From assembly GCA_963767535.1 (NCBI GenBank), contig CAVYEC010000002.1, positions 505,062-569,061 of the forward strand: a DNA stretch of 64,000 nucleotides. Reading direction: 5' to 3'. The position numbers were made by a program, and so were the translations under genes. The stretch's first letter is position 1, and every line of letters begins with the position of its first letter. The notes under the pieces are model-generated. The model did no database searches and was not told the DNA's origin. It saw nothing but the letters and a program-made list of their open reading frames with translations. This DNA is from an uncultured Planctomycetota bacterium (GTDB lineage: Bacteria > Planctomycetota > Planctomycetia > Gemmatales > Gemmataceae). Shown one piece after another: positions 21,639 to 30,033 of this stretch.

Positions 21639-21766
21639 GAGGGACGGTTGACGAGGGGATGGTCAGAACATTGCTCTTTCCGTTGAGCTACGCCCCGGTC
21701 TCAGTCGGGGCGACAGGAGTCGAACCTGCAACAGATGTACTCCGAACCAGCAGTCAAACCGCCCTC
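21639..21766 (-). ncRNA. Y-RNA-like gene, unit 1 (YrlA-type; permuted tRNA-Pro-like mimic)
   Basis: Closing stem GAGGGCGGTTTGAC/GTCAACCGTCCCTC. 5' motif CTGCTGGTTCGGAGTACAT. T-arm GCAGG-TTCGACT-CCTGT. Acceptor 3' strand CGCCCCG, loop ACTGAGAC, 5' strand CGGGGCG. TA-GCTC-AACGGAAA-GAGC D-arm. 3' motif ATGTTCTGACCATCCCCTCG. Confidence 0.7.
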
Positions 21767-21810
21767 TGGGCGCGTGATATTTCCTCCGTTGTGCATCTCA
21801 ATAGCACGAC

Positions 21811-21882
21811 TATCCCGGCTTGGATTTGAACCAAGGACCGGACCTTAGGAGAGTCCGATGTTTTCCGCCACACCACCGGGAT
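21811..21882 (-). tRNA. tRNA-Arg (anticodon CCT), 72 nt, CCA not encoded
   Basis: Hand-folded cloverleaf: ATCCCGG TG GTGT GGCGGAAA ACAT C GGACT CTCCTAA GGTCC GGTC CTTGG TTCAAAT CCAAG CCGGGAT A. Confidence 0.75.
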
Positions 21883-22018
21883 GATTCGGCATGTGCGTGC
21901 TGGGAGAAAGGACGCGGAGGAGGGCCGACAGGTTCGCTGAAATTCGCCGCGACTATGCGACGGCGGAGCGGTAAACTAGGTCCACTCACAGCAGACACCA
22001 AACGAAAGGAAACGAAAA

Positions 22019-22488
22019 ATGACGGAAAGTAGCCGAAGCGTCAAGAGCACCAACGCGATCAATACGAAGTCCAAGGGATTCACGCACGAGGAACAAGCCG
22101 CGATGAAGGCTCGCGCCGAAGAGCTGAAGGTGGAAGCTGCGCGAAAAAGAACAAGGCGGACGGGGAAAGCGACGTGCTCGCGGCGATCGCCGCGATGCAG
22201 GAACCGTATCGCGCCATGGGCGAGCGGCTCCATGCGCTCATCAAAGCCAGCGCGCCGGTCCTCGCGCCGAAAACCTGGTACGGGATGCCCGCGTATGCCA
22301 AGGACGGCAAGGTCGTCTGCTTCTTCCGCGGCGGGGACAAGTTCAAGGAGAGGTACATGACGCTCGGCTTCAACGACGCGGCGAACCTCGACGAAGGCAC
22401 CCTGTGGCCAATTGCCTTCGCACTGACGGAGTTGACCGCCGCCGAAGAGGCAAGGATCGGCGCGCTTGTGAAGAAAGCAGTGAGCTGA
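22019..22488 (+). CDS. DUF1801 (YdhG-like) domain protein; frame break in the A-run at 22144-22148
   Basis: ..KVEAARK|[60 protein letters not shown], a typical YdhG/DUF1801 pattern. Confidence 0.65.
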
Positions 22489-22578
22489 GGACGGAGTGAC
22501 CCGATGGCGACGGGACGCGCGTCTTCTTCGAGCATTCCGGCTTTGACTGGCCCCCAGCCCTGGGGCAAACGGGCGCTC

Positions 22579-22607
22579 CGGGGCGACAAGACGCCGTTAG
22601 AACTTTT
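22579..22607. repeat. Cassette-boundary repeat, copy A (partial: core only)
   Basis: ccggggcgacaagacgccgttagaactttt matches the core of copies B-D. It overlaps the stop codon of the minus-strand membrane gene. Confidence 0.6.
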
Positions 22608-23361
22608 CCTTGTGAGACTCGGCGATTGGTCGAAATCCATACGGCGGTTTCTTGGCGACTTCGCTAGGCGGATGTGACTCGCCGTCCGCGGCTGGCGGCG
22701 GTTGGCCAGTCTGTCTCTGGCGTTCGTTCTCAACCAACGCCTTCCCCACGGCCGCAAAGATCAAGAGGATCGTGCCGGTATACCACGTGCCGATGCTGAA
22801 GCTGCTTGACAAGTACATGGCGAGGATGATGCCGCCCCCCAACAGGGCTGCTGCCAATACCGCGAACATCCGCATACCGTACAAGAATACGAAGGGCAGA
22901 TAGTGTGCCCCTAACAAGATCATCAACGCTGGATAGAACCAATTCAGCTCATATCGGCTGACTGGCAACAGCAGTGGCATGGAAAAAGGCAGGACGAAGG
23001 CCACCTGCATGCCTAATTGTGGCAGGGAGTTGCGGCTATCAAGCTTCAACCGGCTCCCGACGGTGCGAACCAGCAACTCGGTAATTGGAAAGATGAAGAA
23101 ACCACCGAACACCAGAAACGTGATCGCTGTTCGTGGGCTGCCCCACGAAGCGATGCCAGCCGAGACAAGCCAGATCACGCCCGAGACGGCCTGGCCGTAG
23201 AACCCACCCGACCAGCGGAACCGCACTTCACGCTGGGCATCAACAATGTTCATTTGTGCCTCTTGGCTGTTTTGCAAGACAGTCGGCGCAATGACGAGTC
23301 GGCTTCCAGTAAGTTCTCCTCGAGTATTCGTATTGCAGGCGGAAGTATTTGGGATGACCAT
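22597..23361 (-). CDS. Multi-pass membrane protein, unknown function (start may be the internal MNIVDAQ..)
   Basis: Six hydrophobic segments. Lower GC than the core genes. I recognise no family. Confidence 0.5.
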   Translation of the reverse strand: MVIPNTSACNTNTRGELTGSRLVIAPTVLQNSQEAQMNIVDAQREVRFRWSGGFYGQAVSGVIWLVSAGIASWGSPRTAITFLVFGGFFIFPITELLVRTVGSRLKLDSRNSLPQLGMQVAFVLPFSMPLLLPVSRYELNWFYPALMILLGAHYLPFVFLYGMRMFAVLAAALLGGGIILAMYLSSSFSIGTWYTGTILLIFAAVGKALVENERQRQTGQPPPAADGESHPPSEVAKKPPYGFRPIAESHKEKF

Positions 23362-23494
23362 CTCTCAATGGCCGTTTGAACCGCAAGAAGATCAATCAGA
23401 AGTGCCGGTTGCAGCGCTTGCCGAAAAGAACCCCGCCGGATAATCGAGTGAAGGGAACCAGCCGAAAGAGGTCGGAACGGCTTGTTTCAAGGGA

Positions 23495-23600
23495 AAGAAA
23501 GCCCTTCGACGTGCTGGCCGAAGGGCTTTTGCGGAAAGATCGTCGGGGCGACAAGACACCGTTAGAACTTTTTGTGGCCGGCGTGCGGGGCTGGGAGGCC
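23495..23600. repeat. Cassette-boundary repeat, copy B (hairpin + conserved core)
   Basis: Hairpin aagcccttcg-N10-cgaagggctt, then gtcggggcgacaagacaccgttagaactttttgtggccggcgtgcggggctgggagg. Confidence 0.75.
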
Positions 23601-23679
23601 GCTGTGCGGCGGCGAATGACCGGCGAAATGCCCGCAAAATTGCATTGACATTTATCTATATAGAAGCTAATCTATTTAC

Positions 23680-24021
23680 ATGGCACAACTGGACCAAGCC
23701 TTTGCTGCCCTTGCCGATCCCACCCGACGCGGAATTGTCGTGCGTCTCGCCCGTGGCGAGGCATCGGTGTCCGACCTCGTTGGCCACTTCTCGCTGACGC
23801 AACCCACGATCTCCTCGCACTTGAAGGTGCTGGAATCTGCGGGGCTGATTTCGCGTCGCAAAGTGGCGCAGTTGCGGCCCTGCAAGCTGGTGCCGGAGCG
23901 ACTAAAGGCGGTGACCGACTGGCTGGAACAGGTGCAGGAGATTTGGGAAGGCAACTACAAGCGGCTCGACGCACTACTGACGGAGTTGAAACAAGCCGAG
24001 AAAAAGGAGCGAAAGAGATGA
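23680..24021 (+). CDS. ArsR/SmtB-family metalloregulator-type transcriptional regulator
   Basis: FAALADPTRRGIVVRL..SVSDLVGHFSLTQPTISSHLKVLESAGLI winged-HTH pattern. Confidence 0.85.
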   Translation: MAQLDQAFAALADPTRRGIVVRLARGEASVSDLVGHFSLTQPTISSHLKVLESAGLISRRKVAQLRPCKLVPERLKAVTDWLEQVQEIWEGNYKRLDALLTELKQAEKKERKR

Positions 24022-24509
24022 AACCTGCGGAAGCAAGTCTGCCGTCAGATACCGAAGTGCTGGTGAAGCGCAGCTTCGATGCACCCGTCAAACTGGTGTG
24101 GCGGGCCTACATGGAACCGGACCTGATGCGTTGTTGGTGCTCGGGCCCCCCCGGTTGGTCGATGCCTGTCTGCGAGATGGATATGCGCGTCGGCGGAAAG
24201 TATCGCTGGCGCTGGCGCAGCGATGAGAACGGCCAGGAGTTTGGATTCACTGGAGAGGTTCTGGAGGTCATTCCGCACGCGAAAATCGTGCATACGCAAA
24301 TCTACGATGCCGGAAACCTGGGCGTTTCCATGGGGAGCGAGCCATCGATCATCACCGTCACCTTCCAGGAGACCAACGGCATCACAAACGTGACGACCAC
24401 GATCCGATATGCCTCGAAGACGGACCGCGACGCAGCGTTCGCAACTGGCATGACCGACGGGATGGAGATGAGCTACAAACAACTCGACGGAGTGCTGGGA
24501 AAAATGTGA
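24018..24509 (+). CDS. SRPBCC / Activator-of-Hsp90-ATPase (AHSA1)-like protein
   Basis: ATGA overlap with the ArsR gene. VKRSFDAPVKLVWRAYMEPDLMRCW is a typical AHSA1/SRPBCC N-terminus. The ArsR + AHSA1 pairing is common. Confidence 0.75.
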   Translation: MKPAEASLPSDTEVLVKRSFDAPVKLVWRAYMEPDLMRCWCSGPPGWSMPVCEMDMRVGGKYRWRWRSDENGQEFGFTGEVLEVIPHAKIVHTQIYDAGNLGVSMGSEPSIITVTFQETNGITNVTTTIRYASKTDRDAAFATGMTDGMEMSYKQLDGVLGKM

Positions 24510-24570
24510 TCGCTGAGAATCGTGAGTGGCGTTCTGCCGACTCGACGGCGCAACTCTTGTCCCCACAATA

Positions 24571-24672
24571 AGAAAGCCCTTCGACGTTCTCGTCGAAGGG
24601 CTTCTTGTCCAATCAAGTCGAGGCGACTGGACACCGTTAGAACTTTTTATCGCTGGCGTCCGGGACTGGGAG
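24571..24672. repeat. Cassette-boundary repeat, copy C
   Basis: Hairpin aagcccttcgacg-ttct-cgtcgaagggctt, then gtcgaggcgactggacaccgttagaactttttatcgctggcgtccgggactgggagg. Confidence 0.75.
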
Positions 24673-25151
24673 GTCCGGTTGAGGTGTTTTTTCATCCGAG
24701 AACCGGTTAACGAGCGACTGTAACGCTTGGGCTAGAGCTGACCAGAGCCGCTTGCAAGGATGTTCAAAGGCTCAAAACCAAGATGCCGGCCCCAGTCAGC
24801 TTGAACCGTTGGATCCTACTCATGGCCTCGATTGGGGTGGGCCGGCGCCTGTCCCGATGAGTAAAGCGGTCTCGGGTTGCCTCGGTCGCAACGTGGATCT
24901 TTCAGTGGAGTGTGTACCTCCACAACCACGAAGCGGGCTCAAGGCGGCCCACGCCAACGGAGGCCGTGAACCATGCCCTACTAAGACCAACCACACCGAT
25001 TTTACGCCCGCGGCGACTTACACGCCAGAAGCCTGTACTTGCACATCCTAGTGATATAATACAGCCACCCGAGACGGCGCATGTAGAAGCGCTCCAACGG
25101 AAATGACGGGCGTGGACCACATGGGTCGTATGGCTGTCGGCAGGCTCACTC

Positions 25152-25980
25152 ATGGCGACCAAACTTCCTCCCGGCAAATTCTTTGGACAGACCCAGAGAA
25201 GGGTCGTGGTTTCGGGACTGACGTTTGCCGAATCCGTGTACGCATCGGGGCCGGACCTCGTGATCCCGATGCACGCTCACGAGAACGCGTTCTTCCATTT
25301 TCTAGTAGACGGCGTCTGCGAAGAGATTTGGGGGCGGACGGCCAGGACCAGCGTCCCCTCGACCCTCGCGTTCCACCCGGTGGGAGAGCCACACGCGAAC
25401 CGCTGGCGATCTCCCGGCGGCCGGGTCTTCCACATCGACATCTCCGGCGCCCGCGCCGAGATAATCCGTGAACACACGCCGATACTCGACAGGCCGACCG
25501 AAATTATCGGCGGAGTCGGGCCCTGGCTAGCCAAGCGGCTTTATCAGGAATATCGGCGTCTGGACGGTGTCTCTGCTCTCGCCATGGAAGGACTGGCTCT
25601 CGAGAATCCTTGCGGAAGCATCTCGGGGCGGAGTCCGCGCCTTGGACCGCAAGCCCTCGCCCTGGCTCCTGCAGGCTCGCGATTTGCTCCACGACCGATT
25701 CTCGGAGGACCTTTCTCTTAGTGAAGTTGCCGCGGCCGTCGGCGTCCACCCCGTGCATCTCGCCCGCGTCTTTCGCAAGGAGTACGGTTGCACGCTGGGG
25801 GACTACATCCGCAAGCTGCGGGTCGAATTTGCCTGCCGAAAGCTCGCGAATTCCGAAACACCTCTGGCCCAGATCGCCCTCTTGTCCGGCTACTCGGACC
25901 AGAGCCATTTCTCGAACGCTTTCCGCCGTCAGATGGGGATGACCCCCGGAGAATTCCGCCGAACCTTCCGCTCGCGCTAA
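25152..25980 (+). CDS. AraC-family transcriptional regulator (cupin-like N-terminus + HTH_18); frame break ~25600
   Basis: The C-terminus LSLSEVAAAVGVHPVHLARVFRKEYG..LLSGYSDQSHFSNAFRRQMGMTPGEFR is the AraC double-HTH signature. Confidence 0.8.
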
Positions 25981-26107
25981 TCGGACGCAACAGCATGCTT
26001 CGCCCTGGCAAGACCTCTCCGGGTCGCAGGGCCTAAATTAATCGGCAGAGCGGAGGCGCGTGCCGTCCGAAAGCGCATCACCCCGTCAGAAAGGATCCGT
26101 GCCCGCG

Positions 26108-27530
26108 ATGAGAGCCACAACCCTAGCCCTTCTCCTATGCTTGACGTCCACAGTGTCGCTTGCACAGGTTCAATCGCAGCCAGCCGCACCCACCCCGCGG
26201 ACGGAGACTCGTTCCGCTGACGACCTTGTTGACGATTACGTCAAAGTCCAGATGCAGAGACGGCATATCGCCGGACTCTCGTTGGCGGTCGTCAAGAACG
26301 GGAAGATCCTGAAGGCAAAGGGGTACGGGCTGGCGAATGTAGAAACCAGCACGCCCGCCACCGCCGAAACGGTCTACAAGATCGCCTCCATCAGCAAGCA
26401 GTTTCTCGCCACGGGAATCATGCTGCTGGTACAGGACGGCAAATTGGGCCTGGACGACAAGGTCAGCAAGTACCTGGACGGGACGCCGGCGAAGTGGAAA
26501 GACATAACGATCCGTCACCTGTTCGCGCACACGTCCGGCCTGGTACGAGACCCACCCGGTTTCGATCCGTTCAAAGCGCGGCCCGATGCGGAGGTTATCC
26601 GATCGGCCTACTCGACCAAGCTTGACTTCGTGGCAGGGAACAAATGGGACTACTCCAACCTCGGCTATTACATGCTCGCGGAGATCATCCACAAGGCCAG
26701 CGGCAAGCCGTGGAGCGCAGTTCATCACCGAACGGGTCTTTGTGCCCGCCAAAATGACCGCGACCTGTACGGCGACTACGTCCCACATTGTTCCCCATCG
26801 CGCTAGCGGGTATGACTGGAACGAAGGCAAGCTGAAGAACGCGGAAAACTGGGTGGCGGTGCGCCCGAGCGGCGCGTTTCTGACCACAGTCTTGGACATG
26901 GCAAAGTGGGACAACGCGCTGTACTCCGATGCCATTCTCTCGAGATCCATGCGTGAGCAGATGTGGACGCCTGTCAAACTGAACAACGGGACGACATACC
27001 CGTACGGCTTCGGGTGGCGGTTGGATCCCTGGCAAGGACATAAGCGGGTACACCATGAAGGCGGAGTTCCCGGCTTCGGGGCCGACTTCGAGCGATTTGT
27101 AGACGATCAACTGACCGTGATCGTCATGATCAACACGACGGGCAGCGCCCCCCAAAAAATTGCCCTCAACGTCGCGGGCTTCTACGTGCCCGCGCTCGCT
27201 CCGACCGTTTTGAAGCCGATCCCGGACACCGAACCGGAGATTACGACCAAGGTCAAAGCTGCGATCGCCGGCTTTGTTAAAGGTGAAATAGACGCGAACT
27301 TGTTCACGCCCGAAGTGGCTCATTGGCTGAATGGCGGGGGGAAATCCGGCATGTCCAAGGCCTTACGTAGCCCAGGCGCGATTCAGTCCATCGTGCTGGT
27401 GTCGCGCAAGACCCAGGGCGAAAAAACGGCTTACCGCTATCGGGTGACATATCCAAACGATAGCCTTCTCGTCTCCTTTAATTTCAACAAGGATAAAAAG
27501 ATCACCGGATTTGGCGTCGAGTCGGAGTAA
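26108..27530 (+). CDS. Serine hydrolase, beta-lactamase (class C/PBP4*-like) family, secreted; frame break ~26712
   Basis: Signal peptide MRATTLALLLCLTSTVSLAQ. Active-site motif ASISKQF (SxxK). YSNLGY (YxN). HEGGVPGF (KTG-like region). Confidence 0.8.
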
Positions 27531-27649
27531 GGTGCTCTGAATACCACGCACAAGGCGCAGGCGATGCTCTCGGCGCACGTATCGTGGCAACTTATGAATG
27601 GCGTTGGGTGATCCTCCGCTCCGGAAAGAGAAAGGGAAGAAAGAAAAAG

Positions 27650-27742
27650 AGGCCATTCATCATTCCGATGAACGTCCCCTCGGATTGTCGGGGCGACAGG
27701 ACGGCTATTGAACTTTTTCTGGCCGGAATCCGGGACTGGGAA
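27650..27742. repeat. Cassette-boundary repeat, copy D (diverged hairpin at the same position)
   Basis: Hairpin ttcatc-attcc-gatgaa, then gtcggggcgacaggacggctattgaactttttctggccggaatccgggactgggaa. Confidence 0.7.
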
Positions 27743-28519
27743 ACCGAGTTGCGACAACGCATGGACGACGGAAGATTCTAACCTAATAGAGGTTATCATG
27801 CAGGACGTTTGGAAAACGCGCCTGCTCAGTGTCACGCCCTGAGAATCCGAGAAAGTCGTCCATCGGGTCTCGAAGCCTTCGTTCGCTTTCGCGATTTTTC
27901 TCGCCGGAAGGTGACCGTCCCAGAGTCAATGCCGGAGGCCGGATCATGGCCATGAAAATCACCAGCGACGTGCTGGAAAGCTACATCAACTGCAAATTCA
28001 AGGGCTCCCTGAAGCTCACAGAGCAGCAGGGAACGAAGTGCGACTTCGAGGCAATGCTCACAGAGTTGCGGGCCGAAGTCAGACACAAGGCCATCGACAC
28101 TATCATCGCCCGCTACCAAGCGGATCAGGTCGCCAGAAACATTCCCCTCGCGACCGCCGGCCTGAAGCGGGGTCCGCAGTACATCCTCGACGGCACTCAT
28201 GAGGAGGAAGTTCTGACGCTCCACTTCGACGGGCTGAAAAGGATGGAGGGGGAGTCGAAGTTGGGCGACTTCCACTACCTGCCGGTACTCTTTCACGAAG
28301 GCCGGCAGGTCAAGAAGGAGCAGAAGCTACTTCTCGAAGTTTACGGCGTCATCCTGTCCGGCTTACAGGGAAGGGCTCCAGCATTCGGGGTCATTTGGCA
28401 CGGCCGGGAGTGCAAGGCGACGAAGGTGAAGTTGAATCCCGATCACCGGAGGGCCGAGCAAGTCCTGCGCGGGTTGAAGGACATGGCGACTTCCAGCTTG
28501 CTGCCGAGGCTCCTTCTAA

Positions 28520-30033
28520 TTTTACTGTGTCCTCCGCTCTGCTCGCTCGTAACTTCTTGGCCTATAACCTTCTTTCAGTGATCGCCAGCCGCTGAAAGGA
28601 GCTCGCCGATGGAACGACGTTTTCGCGTCCGCCTGGCCCAATTGCTCGACGATGCCCACGTCCCGCCCACCCTGCTCCGGGGCGTCCTGCCACGACTGCA
28701 GACCTTCCTGCAACCCTTCCTCGACGCCCTGCCAACGCCCCCGCAACAGGCCAACGCCCACCACTACGTCCAGGGACTCTTGTCCGACCTCGGCAGCAAG
28801 AATGTCGAATCCATCGCCTACCTCCATGACCGCGAACGCCAGGGCTTGCAAAAGTTCATGGGACAAGCCGACTGGGACCATCAGCCCCTGCTGACCGAAC
28901 TGGCACGCCAGGTAGGAACCGAATTGGGCCGGGACGATGGTGTGTTGGTCTTCGACCCTTCCGCCTTCCCCAAGCAGGGCAAGGAGTCCGTCGGCGTGCA
29001 AAGGCAGTGGTGCGGCCGCCTGGGCAAGGTCGATAACTGTCAGGTCGGCATCTACCTCGGCTACGTCTCCCGCTCGGAACATGCCCTGGTCGATGTCCGC
29101 CTTTACTTGCCCAAGGAATGGGCCCGGCGGAAGCGTCGCCGCCAGAAGGCCGGTGTGCCGGCGGATGTCCGCTTCCGCACGCGGCATGAACTGGCTTTGG
29201 AAATGCTGGACGAGCGGGGACCATTACTGCCGCATGCCTGGATCTCCGGGGATGACGAGTTGGGCCGTTGCTCGTGGTTTCGCGAGCAATTGCGGTCACG
29301 CGAAGAACGTTACCTGTTGGCCGTTCCCTGCAACACGTCGGTGCGGGACCTGACGGCGACCGCTCCGCCCTCGGCAAGAGGTGGCCGGCGGCGGCGTGTG
29401 CCGTTTGTATCGGTGCAGCAGTGGTGTGCGGCCTTGGCGGAATCGGCCTGGGAGACGGTCGAGGTCCGCGACGGCGAGAAAGGCCCGCTGGTGGTGCAGA
29501 TGGCGTGGACGTTGGTGCAAGCCCGCACGGAAGGCCGGGTGTCGGATGTGCCGGAGTTATTGGTGGTGTTCCGTGAGCGGCAAGGCGATGGCTCCTGCAA
29601 GCACGACTACCTGCTATCCAATGCTCCGCTGGCCACGGAGGTGTCCGAATTCGCTCGTGTGTTCAAGGCCCAACACCGGATCGAGGAGTGCCTGAGGCGT
29701 GCCAAGGGCGAGGCGGGCCTGGGCGATTATCAGGTGCGGACCTGGTCGGGTTGGCACCACCATCAGACGTTAGCGTTGTTGGCGACCTGGTTCCTGACGG
29801 AGGAGACCAGGCGGGGAAAAAAGGCAGACGCCGGCGTTGACGGTGCCGCAGGTGGCGGCTTTGCTGGCGTGTTTGCTGAGCGAGCGTTTGGGGTATCACC
29901 GTCCGCCACGGAGTCGGCGGCGGATGAGCCGTCGTTTGCGTCGCAACGAGGAAGCACGTCTTTATCACTGGCGACAACGGAAACGCTTGCCACCGCGACG
30001 CTTTAACCAACGGACTTGAGGGACACAGTAAAA
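28520..30033 (+). mobile_element. IS701-family insertion sequence (1514 bp)
   Basis: Terminal inverted repeats ttttactgtgtcc (28520-28532) and ggacacagtaaaa (30021-30033). 4-bp direct duplication CTAA (28516-28519 and 30034-30037). Removing it restores the host ORF. Confidence 0.85.
28609..30019 (+). CDS. IS701-family DDE transposase; frame break in the A6 run at 29817-29822
   Basis: Typical IS701/SRSO17 pattern (HHYVQGLLSDLGSKNVESIA..VLVFDPSAFPKQG..QRQWCGRLGKVDNCQVG..). The C-terminal LTVPQVAALLACLL continues in ORF 29837..30019. Confidence 0.8.

Noticed and set aside
21496-21766. Genuine circularly permuted or split tRNA genes: the acceptor 3' strand is immediately followed by the acceptor 5' strand and D-arm.
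   Set aside because: Neither unit has an anticodon loop. The anticodon-stem position is occupied by a helix conserved in all four units, including units without any tRNA module. The array also sits directly upstream of rsr. The YrlA-type Y RNA interpretation explains all of this, and a permuted-tRNA interpretation does not.
22579-27742. Integron attC sites / CALIN-type cassette array. The repeats contain GTTAGAAC, which resembles the GTTRRRY core, and they bound one- or two-gene cassettes.
   Set aside because: There is no integron integrase in the window. A matching inverse core (..AAC) with L-box pairing could be drawn only weakly for copy B, and not for copies C or D. The strong hairpin does not include the GTT core. 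The cassette ORFs lie in both orientations.
29817-29822. Programmed -1/+1 ribosomal frameshift in the IS701-family transposase at the A6 run.
   Set aside because: IS701-family transposases are normally single ORFs. The window is full of comparable single-base frame breaks in non-IS genes, so a consensus error is the simpler explanation.
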